NCBI GenBank assembly: GCA_016214605.1
Contig: JACROD010000005.1
Location: forward strand, 6,108 to 70,107
DNA length: 64,000 nucleotides
DNA from: Candidatus Kaiserbacteria bacterium
GTDB lineage: Bacteria > Patescibacteriota > Minisyncoccia > Phycocordibacterales > UBA2100
Reading direction: 5' to 3'
The notes below the pieces were generated by a model that worked only from the letters and a program-made list of their open reading frames with translations, was not told the DNA's origin and did no database searches. A program made the translations under genes and the position numbers. Below, piece after piece: positions 9,001 through 17,308 of the stretch (position 1 is the first letter of the stretch; each line of letters opens with the position of its first letter).

Positions 9001-10256
9001 TGATACACACCGGCGCTCGTGGTGGCGGCGGTATTGAGGTTGAAGGTGAAGGTCGTACCCGACTGCACGATGCTGTACGTGAAGGTTGCGACTGGCGAAG
9101 AAACGGCCAAATAACAGGAAATTGCTTTGATCGTCTTGGTGGTAGAGGCAACAATGGGTTTGGTGTAGATCGGACTTGTCGTGCAGGTCGGGTTAGAGCC
9201 GTCGGTCACATAGCGCACGTGCACGATTGATTGGTAGTTAGAAATCGACGAAAGGGTTGATGTTGCGGTCGAGGTGGCGAGCACAATATTCTGCGTGCTC
9301 CCGTACGTGCTCGGTGCGGGCGTGGCGACCGGCGGCGGGATGTAATTCGCGAAGATAACGTTTACGGTACTAGTGGCGCGATTGCCTGCCGCATCGCGTA
9401 CGACCGCAGAGAGTGCGTGCGGACCATTAACAAACGAACCGAAATTCACTCCTATTCCGGGGGACGGCACGCGCTTATCTTCGCCACCGTAATTCTTGCC
9501 GTCGATCTTGAATTGTGTACCAATGGTCGTGGTGCTCACTCGTGTCCCGATCGTGAACCCACCCGAGACGGTCGCACCATCTTTGGGTGCACCGATCGTG
9601 ACCCACAACGCGTTGTTTGTGGTGGAAGTGGAGGTGGTTGAGGTCGTCGAGGTGCCGAGGACAGCGGGAGCGCCTGCGGCGGATGTATCAGCAAATGAGG
9701 ATGCGGATTCTCTCTCCCCTGCATCTGTTGTGATCTGAGAAACTGCGCCACCTGCAGGTGGTGGCAAGAGAGCATTCGTGGCAAGTGCTGTTGACCGTAC
9801 TTGGTTGATGTGTGCACGAGTGAGCTTGCCCACATGCCCGACTTGTTCGAGATTCTGCGCTTGCTGGAAACGGCGCACCGCCGCTCTCGTGAGCGGGCCG
9901 AAGTAGCCGGTGGCGCTGTCGGGAGCGAGGAGATTCTGCGCGATGAGAAAACGCTGGAGGCAAGTGACGTCGTCTCCCTTTGCGCCGAGGGCGAGGGTGC
10001 GGGAGAGGGTGCAGGTCACAGCAGAAGCGGCAGCGCCTCCGGCACTGCCGCCTCCCTGCTGAACGAGTCCAGAGAGATTGGCAGGAATCGCCACAGGGGC
10101 ACCGCCGAGAGCGACGATTTGTTTTTGAAGTTCGAGGACTTGAGTGATGAGCTGAATTAAGAAAGTGTTCTTTTCTTCAGGGGTGAGGGCTTGTGTGAGG
10201 AGAGGAGTTGCTAATAGTACGACGACTACCCAAGTCGTTAGCTGTTTGTTATGCAT
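6012..10256 (-). CDS. Large secreted surface protein: signal peptide + peptidoglycan-binding domain + Ig-like + CHB_HEX_C + FlgD-Ig + beta-propeller region
   Basis: LALGAKGDDVTCLQRFL..ATGYFGPLTRAAVRRFQ..GHVGKLTRA (PG_binding_1-like), VRYVTDGSNPT, HTATWDGTKDGG..PGGIYEVR (FlgD-Ig), repeated YVTN/NHL-like blades. Confidence 0.75.
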   Translation of the reverse strand: MHNKQLTTWVVVVLLATPLLTQALTPEEKNTFLIQLITQVLELQKQIVALGGAPVAIPANLSGLVQQGGGSAGGAAASAVTCTLSRTLALGAKGDDVTCLQRFLIAQNLLAPDSATGYFGPLTRAAVRRFQQAQNLEQVGHVGKLTRAHINQVRSTALATNALLPPPAGGAVSQITTDAGERESASSFADTSAAGAPAVLGTSTTSTTSTSTTNNALWVTIGAPKDGATVSGGFTIGTRVSTTTIGTQFKIDGKNYGGEDKRVPSPGIGVNFGSFVNGPHALSAVVRDAAGNRATSTVNVIFANYIPPPVATPAPSTYGSTQNIVLATSTATSTLSSISNYQSIVHVRYVTDGSNPTCTTSPIYTKPIVASTTKTIKAISCYLAVSSPVATFTYSIVQSGTTFTFNLNTAATTSAGVYQNGTLIKTLWSNVQYSAGAHTATWDGTKDGGAVAPGGIYEVRILSNNVRYSWDVIGNTSTSFTDSTTLHAQDVIYGMAITGSTIYYTTAYNEARSGTFKTSVSNPQAKTIILPTAFHYTGPIALYVATDGNYVYWDGMDWGGYPNVNNHVYVYATKVSDDTMVKFLSGTDVTIGVAGPDGVPRKYSAINNLDVASSTITGLAVQKSGDYLFVAHGDLNKIDVLNKTTGAFVRAIAMTAPRKIATDMSGNLWVITGSETAAVVQKYTVAADGSLSAISNLKITGLSKPLTLAISPDNATLLVADGGTSHQVKAFSNTTASSTWIYGKPGGYLSDPNVAVDKFSFHNFNNITFRGGVDWTFLTYAPDGSFWVGDSGNDRSQHFSASRTLLESVSWVPLFYNTAVDPNNPQRIFAGFLEFAVDYAKPQGPNTGSWKLVKNWGIVKEKLPPQYVLASKNVFAVPFGMTTLNNGRTYGLLRNFQTAKFDVVEFPEIGTLRFTSASTPNYNYTLYKDGSLHVVNRPKIGESFEWRKKPLTGFTAAGDPQWGLEKVVGTSPILASSDDHYNLPSGGSFVPWEMTNSGIIVSFDARSPVFTGAYATDPVDHKGYHLAGLDTNTGTWRWKTAPSTGIHYCSEWPGDGTFNNNERVYVAGSFAHAVDNNIFWHYQGEGWKCGRDQSNMWTHVSDDGLMIGEFGTVEQDLPNGQENEGQAGLAGNAAAQGLVKGPDGAIYVYQNDEGWHGGIHRWKIDNLSSISEQKIPVNWDAAKYVPRKDPTDLLAGLPYDSSVADDTAGWRRTPATDTTNNLQTDWWKVITSLKNYPWNKHLYDSPDIDILFAHRPAANATVTRDLGTPDASTTSWMLTGAVVFASGLSGSPNMGDYEGMYFDVLDDAGKVISRLYTKQVTANDYRVFANNQVIFQMTEFKSFLLAIRKVQPFSIKANGGNVTITYGSYTPVTTPTFDSTANWRKPKTIKLYFWSTAGGYNHGINFSKLNFISN

Positions 10257-10350
10257 GGGTACACAATACCTTATGGATGTCTCGGCGGGAATACGGTTTG
10301 GGGATAAAGTTGGAGTTTATTGTGTAGGTAGCCGTTCAGCGCAAGAGCTA

Positions 10351-13300
10351 CTACTTAACGCCCACTATATTGATGACTGCTATCGGATACGGGTCATTCG
10401 CATCAAGATGCAAGGAGAATGAATAGTTGCGTGCAAAAATCCAAGGAACCGTGGCAGTACCTGATAGAGTTCCTGCTGCGTACCCCTTCATATTTGCATT
10501 ATTAACCTTAAGAATTGGCTTTGTATTAGCCGGTGCTCCGGTAATCTGCCAATGGATATCTACAGGGGGGCAAAGTCCCGTTGTAGGATTCACCACACAA
10601 GTCTTGGGCGTACCCGCAAATGTCGCCGACATGACCGGACCACTCCCTTTTCGAATCTGGTTTGAATCCACATCGACATATGGGTGCATGTTGTTCGGAA
10701 ATGCGGCTGGATTCGACTCCAGCTGGATTCCGGCCGTCGCCGGCAAATTCAACGTGGGAAAATCAAGGTATGAATCGAAAACCCGATTATTCCGAACAAT
10801 GACATCCCTCTGATTAAGCAGGGTTGTCGTCGCGTTGTGAATCGCAATACCATTACGCGGCATGTCATGCACGTAGTTTCCTTCTAGAAGCACGTTCGAC
10901 AGTGGAGCACGCGCACCGTTATCAATCTCGATGCCAACCGTGGTCTGATGTCCGAGATACTCGGGGGTCATGAAGAGCTCATTGTTAAGTATGCGTACAT
11001 TACGCACTGGCGCATTGGCCACGTCTGCGGCATACAATTGTCCACCAGGGTAAAATCTTTTTGTTCCTCCTACACACTGCGGCGGGGTGCCGCCTCCCTC
11101 ACAATACAAGAACTGCGGATCTATGTGGTTGTCGAAGAACACATTGTCTTCGACTAATACATCATCCACATTATGCAGATTCAGAGCTGCGGTACCTGCA
11201 TGAGAAAAACGATTATTTTTGAATACTGTTTGAAGATGAGGATAGGTAGCGTGGAAGAAAATGCCGTGCACTGTCGCGCCGTCGAAGACCGAGTTCGTAA
11301 CAGTAAGTCCTGTGGTTCGCCGTACTTCAAAGACCGACGCCTTATGAGAGATGATTGTCATTTTATCGACAGTGACATCCTTCGCAAGATCATCTGCTCG
11401 CGCCGAGACACCGCCGACAAAGAGTGCGGGGTAGCAAAACGGCGGATCCCATAGTGTGTACTTTGCTGGATCAGGATTCGCACCCGCTCGACATTTTTGC
11501 TTTAGGATCGCAGTGCTACCCGTAGCATCTACAAGCGTAAGATTCGACACTGTCACGTGATCAGATCCACCCAATACTTCGATCATGTACTTGTCATTGG
11601 CCGCATCAGATTCCATGCGCGCGGTGGTCTCCGAAATGCGAACTGGTTGATCCAGTAGTGGACCGCCCGCCCCGCGTAACGTTACGTTTTGGAGATTCTG
11701 AAACCGAATCACTTGATTGAGGTCGAGGACCATGTCGCCGGTCATAAGGATATGGAACTGTGGCGCATTGGCAGGCCGTGCCGCCGCAAGAGTCAGACAA
11801 GATTGTACCTGTGCATACGTCGGGGCGAAGCATTCGTCTACAATTTTCGGGCAAATCGCCGCGTCGCAAGTCACAGAGACATCGGACGAGCTTGCAGAGT
11901 GTCCCATCGTATCGGTTGCTGTCACTTGGACCTTGTGGGTGCCGTCTTTCAGCGAAGAATGCGGGAGCATAAATTGGTACGGTGGCGCTGTCTGGATCGA
12001 GACAAGGGCATCATCAACATAGAACTTCACATCTTGGATGGCGACACCCACGCGCGGGGCACTTGCGACCGCATACAGCAAAGTACTCGTACCAGTGAGC
12101 GTCGCGCCATCAAGCGGGTTCGTCAGGATTGCATGGACAGACGGAATACTAATGAGCGGCTGGACCGTGATAGAACCAAGCGACGCATTGGCATTGCGGA
12201 TAAAGGCGAGAAAAGAATCGGTATAGCCCGGTTCGATATTTTGATAGCTCCCCGACTGGGAGTATGTGCTCGTACGCGACGCATAGAATTCGAAAGACCA
12301 TGGTGCCGAGTAAGGGATTTTCAACGCAACGGTCTTATCGATGACACTATGGACGAACGGACCAAAGTCGGGCAAGAAATCCTTGAGATACGGATCAAAG
12401 TCCCCATATTCGGCGATGTGTAATTTCTTTCCCATCGTATCAGCAACTGTCTGGTATACATCGAGGAGGTCGGCATTGTTAGCCCCCTCTATACAATCCG
12501 ACCCGGGACAGAAGCGCTCGTTGTCACGCCTTGAACCATCTGCGGTGGGAAAATTGTAGAAATGGAGCTCTAGCAAATCAATACCTTGTGTAATGTATGT
12601 GAGATGAGAGATAAGTTGGGTCTTGGTGTCCAAGGTCCAATCCGGTCCACCCGGAAGCCAGCCTGGCTTGCGTTGCAGGTGATACGCCGATGGTCGAGCC
12701 GCGCTATTGCCGGAAGTAACCGGATGCGTCGGATCAATCATGCGTATGAGGGACGCTCCTCGCGTCTGGAATGCTAACATCTGGTTCGTCGAATAGTTAC
12801 CGAAATTTTGACAGAGCCATCCTGATGCCTGTGCGCAATGGAGCGTGCGGCCATCAAGATCAGTACTGAGATTTGCTTCGTTGCCAATCATATACAGATA
12901 GATGGAAGCCTGCGGATCGTTCTTGTAGCGCGTCACAAACTCACGCACATATCGTGCCCATAGCTGGTATGATGCCGAGTTCGGATTACCGAAGAAGTCG
13001 GATAAAGTGTCCCCCGCAAGGGTCGAGAAACGCGTATAATGCCAGGTGAGATCGACCTCAGCTGAGAGCCCGCGCGCGTACATGTCGTGCATCATAGTAT
13101 CCATGAGCGCCCAATACGCCGTCGGATTATTCTGCCAAAGTGCCAGATCTTGCGGCCAAAAACCTGCAGGGGCGATACGTACATAATTGGCACCAGCAAG
13201 CATCTTTGCGTCGTCGAGCGACTTGCGCGCCATCGCGGTCCCCACCTGCATCTCCGCATCCGTACCCAGAGCACCGGCGCCGTGACGACCTTGGTACTGC

Positions 13301-14046
13301 GTGAAGAGTTCAAGATGCACCGCACCGATGTTCTTTGCCGGGTATACAAGTGCCCCTGACGGGACGCCTGTCACACTGATCGAAGCCAGCCATTCGAGTC
13401 CGGCTGGAGACGACGGATTTGTCGAACAGTTCGGGACCGCATATACACTGAATTCATACACGCTTCCTTTGACGATCCACGGGATGGTCGTCGTCGCATT
13501 CTTACCGGCACAAGCGACGAGCACCGGCGCGGCGCCGTTCTTGCTCGCCCAGAGCACTGTCGTCTTCGCGGGTGTCTCCCAATGAACAAGAGTCGCGCAC
13601 TTCCCTGTCGCATCAACGATGCAAGGATTCGGTGAGATGGTCAGGAACGAGTTTGTGGAAGTAGCAGACGGCGGCGCAGGCGGCGTGATGGTAGACACTA
13701 CTGTAAACGGAAATGGAGCGCTCACCTGTGTGCCGTTGTTCACCGTGAGTGTGTAAGATCCCTCAGGGAGAGTCGACGGAAACACGAATGAAAACAGTGT
13801 ACCGCCTTGTACACTAGGAGCAACAAAATACGCGGTGCTTGTTCCTGTGCCTGTGACAGTTACTATATTGCGTGTCGTATTGAATCCGGTTCCGGCAATC
13901 GTGACTGGGGTATTGGGTACGAATCGCGACGGGTATATCGCCGAGACAGTCGGGGTGCTTCCGGTTGAGCTGGTGAGCGCCTGTATGAGGAGAGGAACTA
14001 CTAGTAGTACGATAACTAACCACGTTGTTACTTGTTTATTATGCAT
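10351..14046 (-). CDS. Large secreted protein: signal peptide + IPT/TIG + clan GH-A (GH5-like) TIM barrel + Ig-like + right-handed beta-helix
   Basis: PTVSAIYP..VTIAGTGF (IPT), YMIGNEANL (acid/base NE), ELHFY, HIAEYG (nucleophile-like), VKFYVDD..PPYQF, and beta-helix repeats (VEDNVFFDN, LEGNYVHD, VRNNRVFD). Start set at MHNKQ by homology with the neighbouring gene. Confidence 0.75.
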   Translation of the reverse strand: MHNKQVTTWLVIVLLVVPLLIQALTSSTGSTPTVSAIYPSRFVPNTPVTIAGTGFNTTRNIVTVTGTGTSTAYFVAPSVQGGTLFSFVFPSTLPEGSYTLTVNNGTQVSAPFPFTVVSTITPPAPPSATSTNSFLTISPNPCIVDATGKCATLVHWETPAKTTVLWASKNGAAPVLVACAGKNATTTIPWIVKGSVYEFSVYAVPNCSTNPSSPAGLEWLASISVTGVPSGALVYPAKNIGAVHLELFTQYQGRHGAGALGTDAEMQVGTAMARKSLDDAKMLAGANYVRIAPAGFWPQDLALWQNNPTAYWALMDTMMHDMYARGLSAEVDLTWHYTRFSTLAGDTLSDFFGNPNSASYQLWARYVREFVTRYKNDPQASIYLYMIGNEANLSTDLDGRTLHCAQASGWLCQNFGNYSTNQMLAFQTRGASLIRMIDPTHPVTSGNSAARPSAYHLQRKPGWLPGGPDWTLDTKTQLISHLTYITQGIDLLELHFYNFPTADGSRRDNERFCPGSDCIEGANNADLLDVYQTVADTMGKKLHIAEYGDFDPYLKDFLPDFGPFVHSVIDKTVALKIPYSAPWSFEFYASRTSTYSQSGSYQNIEPGYTDSFLAFIRNANASLGSITVQPLISIPSVHAILTNPLDGATLTGTSTLLYAVASAPRVGVAIQDVKFYVDDALVSIQTAPPYQFMLPHSSLKDGTHKVQVTATDTMGHSASSSDVSVTCDAAICPKIVDECFAPTYAQVQSCLTLAAARPANAPQFHILMTGDMVLDLNQVIRFQNLQNVTLRGAGGPLLDQPVRISETTARMESDAANDKYMIEVLGGSDHVTVSNLTLVDATGSTAILKQKCRAGANPDPAKYTLWDPPFCYPALFVGGVSARADDLAKDVTVDKMTIISHKASVFEVRRTTGLTVTNSVFDGATVHGIFFHATYPHLQTVFKNNRFSHAGTAALNLHNVDDVLVEDNVFFDNHIDPQFLYCEGGGTPPQCVGGTKRFYPGGQLYAADVANAPVRNVRILNNELFMTPEYLGHQTTVGIEIDNGARAPLSNVLLEGNYVHDMPRNGIAIHNATTTLLNQRDVIVRNNRVFDSYLDFPTLNLPATAGIQLESNPAAFPNNMHPYVDVDSNQIRKGSGPVMSATFAGTPKTCVVNPTTGLCPPVDIHWQITGAPANTKPILKVNNANMKGYAAGTLSGTATVPWIFARNYSFSLHLDANDPYPIAVINIVGVK

Positions 14047-14119
14047 GTATATATAGAGTACCGTGTGATGTCTCAACAGGAGTACGCGTGAGTTGGGGAT
14101 AATCCTTATGTTCTGATGC

Positions 14120-14791
14120 TCAGGAAGCGGTTGCGGATAACATACTCCTAAAGGCAGCCGCGGGATCAGACGCTTGCATGATCGCGGAGCCTACACAGAA
14201 ACGCGATGCACCTGCCGCGATCAGCTCGCCTATGTTGGATGCAGATACGCCGCCGTCGACGGCGATCTTGACTTTGGGATGTGCTTGATGGAGTTCGCGG
14301 ACACGCTCGATCGCACGCGGATCAAAAGCCGCACCCTGTGCGCCGATCGTCGCGACCGACATCACCTGCACCACATCGCACAGATCGATACACGGCACGA
14401 TGTCCCTGATCGGCGTGTTGATGAGGATCGCGAGCCCGACCTCGCGCGCACCTGCGGCCCGCCACGCAGCAAGCATTGATTCTGCATCCGCGTGATCAGC
14501 ACATGCCTCGATGTGTCCCGCGATCGAGGTCACTCCTGCCTGTATGAGATGCAGGCCCAGTGCACGCGGCTCACTCACCATCATATGCGCCTGGACCGTA
14601 TGACCGCTGGGGATGATGACATCGGCACTGCCGTAGGTATCCGGACCGAGATACGGCCATGATACCTGCGGCACGAAAACCCCATCGTTGATGTCGAGAT
14701 GGATCTTGTCGGAGAACGCGAAAATTTTGTCCATAGCCGCGACCAATTCACCATGGTCGCGCGGCACTGCGGTGGGGACGATGTCGATCAT
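14120..14791 (-). CDS. rpe: Ribulose-phosphate 3-epimerase
   Basis: HLDINDGVFVP, AHMMV, QVMSV..GAQG, VDGGV, VGSAI. Overlaps the rpiB stop. Confidence 0.88.
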   Translation of the reverse strand: MIDIVPTAVPRDHGELVAAMDKIFAFSDKIHLDINDGVFVPQVSWPYLGPDTYGSADVIIPSGHTVQAHMMVSEPRALGLHLIQAGVTSIAGHIEACADHADAESMLAAWRAAGAREVGLAILINTPIRDIVPCIDLCDVVQVMSVATIGAQGAAFDPRAIERVRELHQAHPKVKIAVDGGVSASNIGELIAAGASRFCVGSAIMQASDPAAAFRSMLSATAS

Positions 14792-15255
14792 AGTTGTACG
14801 ATCGTCTCGATCTCCGAGAGTCGGCGCATATGTCGCTCATCTTTTGAAGGATTCGTCGTGAGCCACTCATGGACGGCTTTCTTGGCTTCGTCGACACTGA
14901 GGAAGCGTGCGCCCAGAGAAAGCACATTTGCATCGTTGTGTTCGCGCGAGAGCTTGATGATCTCCGGACGACCTCCGTAGTAGACCGCCGCACGCACTCC
15001 CGTAAAACGATTGGCGACGATCGCCTCTCCCTGCCCCGACCCGCCCAATATGATCGCCTTGGCATCCCTCCCCTCTTTGAGATCCTGCGCAAGTGAACGA
15101 ACGGCAACGGCGATTATCGGCGGATAGTCATCGCCAGCGTCAAATTCACGCGCTCCCACATCTTCGATCTCGTGCCCAAGCTCGTCGCGTACATACACGG
15201 CAAGCGCATTTTTCATCTCAAATCCCGCATGATCGCTCGCAAAATATATTTTCAT
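14788..15255 (-). CDS. rpiB: Ribose-5-phosphate isomerase B (RpiB/LacA/LacB)
   Basis: ASDHAGFEMK, DDYP, GGSGQGEAIVANR, SREHNDANVLSLGAR, RHMRR. Confidence 0.95.
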   Translation of the reverse strand: MKIYFASDHAGFEMKNALAVYVRDELGHEIEDVGAREFDAGDDYPPIIAVAVRSLAQDLKEGRDAKAIILGGSGQGEAIVANRFTGVRAAVYYGGRPEIIKLSREHNDANVLSLGARFLSVDEAKKAVHEWLTTNPSKDERHMRRLSEIETIVQL

Positions 15256-15276
15256 AGTTTAACTGCAAACTTAAAA

Positions 15277-16338
15277 CTAAACGTGTTTGCCCGTCTCCAC
15301 CACATGTCGCACCAGGGTGTGCGTATACCCCATTTCATTGTCGTACCAAGCAAGGACCTTGACGAGATTACCATCGACGACGCGCGTCATGCCGAGATCG
15401 GCGATAGAGCCGTAGGGCTGCCCGATGATGTCTGATGATACGAGCTCTTCTTCAGAGGCGGTAAAAATACCCTTCCACCGATCGGACTGCGCAGCCGCCT
15501 TGAGGACCGCATTTACTTCTTCGACCGTGGTCGGACGCTTGGCGATAAAGGTGATATCTGCGATAGAGCCGGCAGGCACCGGCACACGCAGTGAAATACC
15601 GTCGAATTTCCCGGCGAGCGCCGGATATGCCTTGGTGACAGCGATCGCAGCGCCAGTCGATGTCGGCACGATATTTTGCGCTGCTGCGCGGCCTTCTTTC
15701 TTATCTTTCTTGGACGGTCCGTCGACGATCGACTGCGAAGCGGTGTACGCATGCGTCGTCGATAGGATCGCCTTCTCTATTCCTATGCCCTCGTCGAGGA
15801 TCGCGATGATCGGCGATGCGGCATTGGTCGTACAAGAGGCATTGGAGGTAACGGCGCAGGTCGAGACCTTGTCATTGTTGAGTCCCATGAGGATAGTCGC
15901 GCCCGGCACGCTGCCGTCGCCGTCTTTGGACGGAGCCGAGACCACCACGCGCTTGGCACCGGCAGTGATGTGGACACCTGCCTTGTCGAAATCAGTGAAA
16001 AGCCCGGTCGATTCGACGACCACATCGATATTCATATCGCGCCACGGGAGCGCGGCGGGATCTTTTTCGGCAAGCACTTTGAGTTTCCACTTCCCTGCCG
16101 TGATGACGCCGTCGGCCGCGGATACCTCAAACGGCGCACGCCTGTAGACCGTGTCGTATTTCAGCAAATATGCGAGATTGTCTATGTTGCCGAGGTCGTT
16201 TACCGCGACTATCTCGATGTCCGCCCCCGCCTCCGCGAGGCCAGAGCCCGCTTCGGCGTGGCGGAGGCCCGCATCATGCGCCGCACGGACGAACGCCCGT
16301 CCAATTCGCCCAAAACCATTGATAGCTACTCGTACCAT
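15277..16338 (-). CDS. gap: Type I glyceraldehyde-3-phosphate dehydrogenase carrying a 14-aa palindromic insertion
   Basis: INGFGRIGR, VESTGLF, catalytic SNASCTTN, RVPVPAGS, WYDNEMGY. Confidence 0.97.
   Translation of the reverse strand: MVRVAINGFGRIGRAFVRAAHDAGLRHAEAGSGLAEAGADIEIVAVNDLGNIDNLAYLLKYDTVYRRAPFEVSAADGVITAGKWKLKVLAEKDPAALPWRDMNIDVVVESTGLFTDFDKAGVHITAGAKRVVVSAPSKDGDGSVPGATILMGLNNDKVSTCAVTSNASCTTNAASPIIAILDEGIGIEKAILSTTHAYTASQSIVDGPSKKDKKEGRAAAQNIVPTSTGAAIAVTKAYPALAGKFDGISLRVPVPAGSIADITFIAKRPTTVEEVNAVLKAAAQSDRWKGIFTASEEELVSSDIIGQPYGSIADLGMTRVVDGNLVKVLAWYDNEMGYTHTLVRHVVETGKHV
16226..16272. repeat. 42-bp in-frame REP-like insertion in gap with flanking 5-bp direct repeat
   Basis: Inverted arms GCCTCCGC (16229-16236) and GCGGAGGC (16261-16268). 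CCCGC occurs at 16226-16230 and 16268-16272. Removing 42 nt restores RAAHDAGADIEIVAVND. Confidence 0.7.
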
Positions 16339-16441
16339 ATCTATATAGATGTATTCAGTTCAATAATATCCAAAAAGTATATCATGCCAAACCACTCCGT
16401 ACTCATGCGGATCAAGACAAAAACGAACTGCGAGAAGCAAC

Positions 16442-16490
16442 TGCGAGAATCAGACCTTCGCAAATCCTTTGCGAAGGTCTGATTCTCGCA
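16442..16490. repeat. REP doublet (REPIN-like) downstream of the RAYT
   Basis: Perfect 23-bp arms TGCGAGAATCAGACCTTCGCAAA-TCC-TTTGCGAAGGTCTGATTCTCGCA. Confidence 0.9.
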
Positions 16491-16495
16491 AGCAA

Positions 16496-17197
16496 CTATT
16501 CTAAAGCAGCTGCGTACAGGTTGTTATCGGACTCCACTACACGATTTAGTATCATTTCCTTCGCATGCACTTTAAACGCGTCGAGTGAGTCAAACAATTC
16601 GCCAAAGATATCCTTCTCGATAATCGGCGACATACGACCTATCGCGTAATCTGCCAAGCTGGAAAATGGGTATTCTTCGACAGCCCACTTCCAAGCATTA
16701 TCGAATTCCGAGACAGCGAGGTCGTAGCCGCCCGGATAGAGTTCAAAAACATTTTTTACCATGACATAGGGTGCGACGTGTTTGAGGTAAAAATCATCAT
16801 CAAGTGTGCGCGATTTGAATGCCCCCTGGAAGATACTCCCCTTTTCTTCGTACTTTAGATTGAAGTGGGCAGTCATACTGTTGCCAATCTTTTGCATATA
16901 TTTTGAGACACCTCCTTCATTGATCTCTTTCAGTACCAAATGAAAATGATTCGGCATCAAAACCCACGCAAGCACCTTGACCAGAGGGCGTCGTTCAGGC
17001 CAAGAACTCGGCCGCTCAAAAATCCCCATACCGAAAGTGTCACGCTCCCACGTGTCAGATTTATACTCATCATTCATGTGATACAGGAGCCGTGCAAAGC
17101 GCCAACAGTCGGCAAGATCACTTGTAACAGGAAGACCTCGTGCGCCACGCTTCATAACGTGAACAAATGAGTCGACCCCATATGGCTCCTTGCGCAT
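16496..17197 (-). CDS. REP-associated tyrosine transposase (RAYT, Y1/HUH IS200-like superfamily)
   Basis: HVMKRG, AWVLMPNHFHLVL (HUH motif), GSIFQGAFKS, YPFSS. Flanked by identical palindromes. Confidence 0.9.
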   Translation of the reverse strand: MRKEPYGVDSFVHVMKRGARGLPVTSDLADCWRFARLLYHMNDEYKSDTWERDTFGMGIFERPSSWPERRPLVKVLAWVLMPNHFHLVLKEINEGGVSKYMQKIGNSMTAHFNLKYEEKGSIFQGAFKSRTLDDDFYLKHVAPYVMVKNVFELYPGGYDLAVSEFDNAWKWAVEEYPFSSLADYAIGRMSPIIEKDIFGELFDSLDAFKVHAKEMILNRVVESDNNLYAAALE

Positions 17198-17226
17198 ATG
17201 ACGCGATTATAGCACCAAACTACTTT

Positions 17227-17275
17227 TGCGAGAATCAGACCTTCGCAAAGGCTTTGCGAAGGTCTGATTCTCGCA
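17227..17275. repeat. REP doublet (REPIN-like) upstream of the RAYT
   Basis: TGCGAGAATCAGACCTTCGCAAAG-G-CTTTGCGAAGGTCTGATTCTCGCA, with the same arms as 16442-16490. Confidence 0.9.
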
Positions 17276-17308
17276 GTTACGGCTCTGAGGCTAATCTCAT
17301 ATCCTTAT

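Noticed and set aside
16442-17275. CRISPR array
   Set aside because: Only two palindromic doublets flanking a RAYT; no repeat-spacer periodicity and no cas genes.
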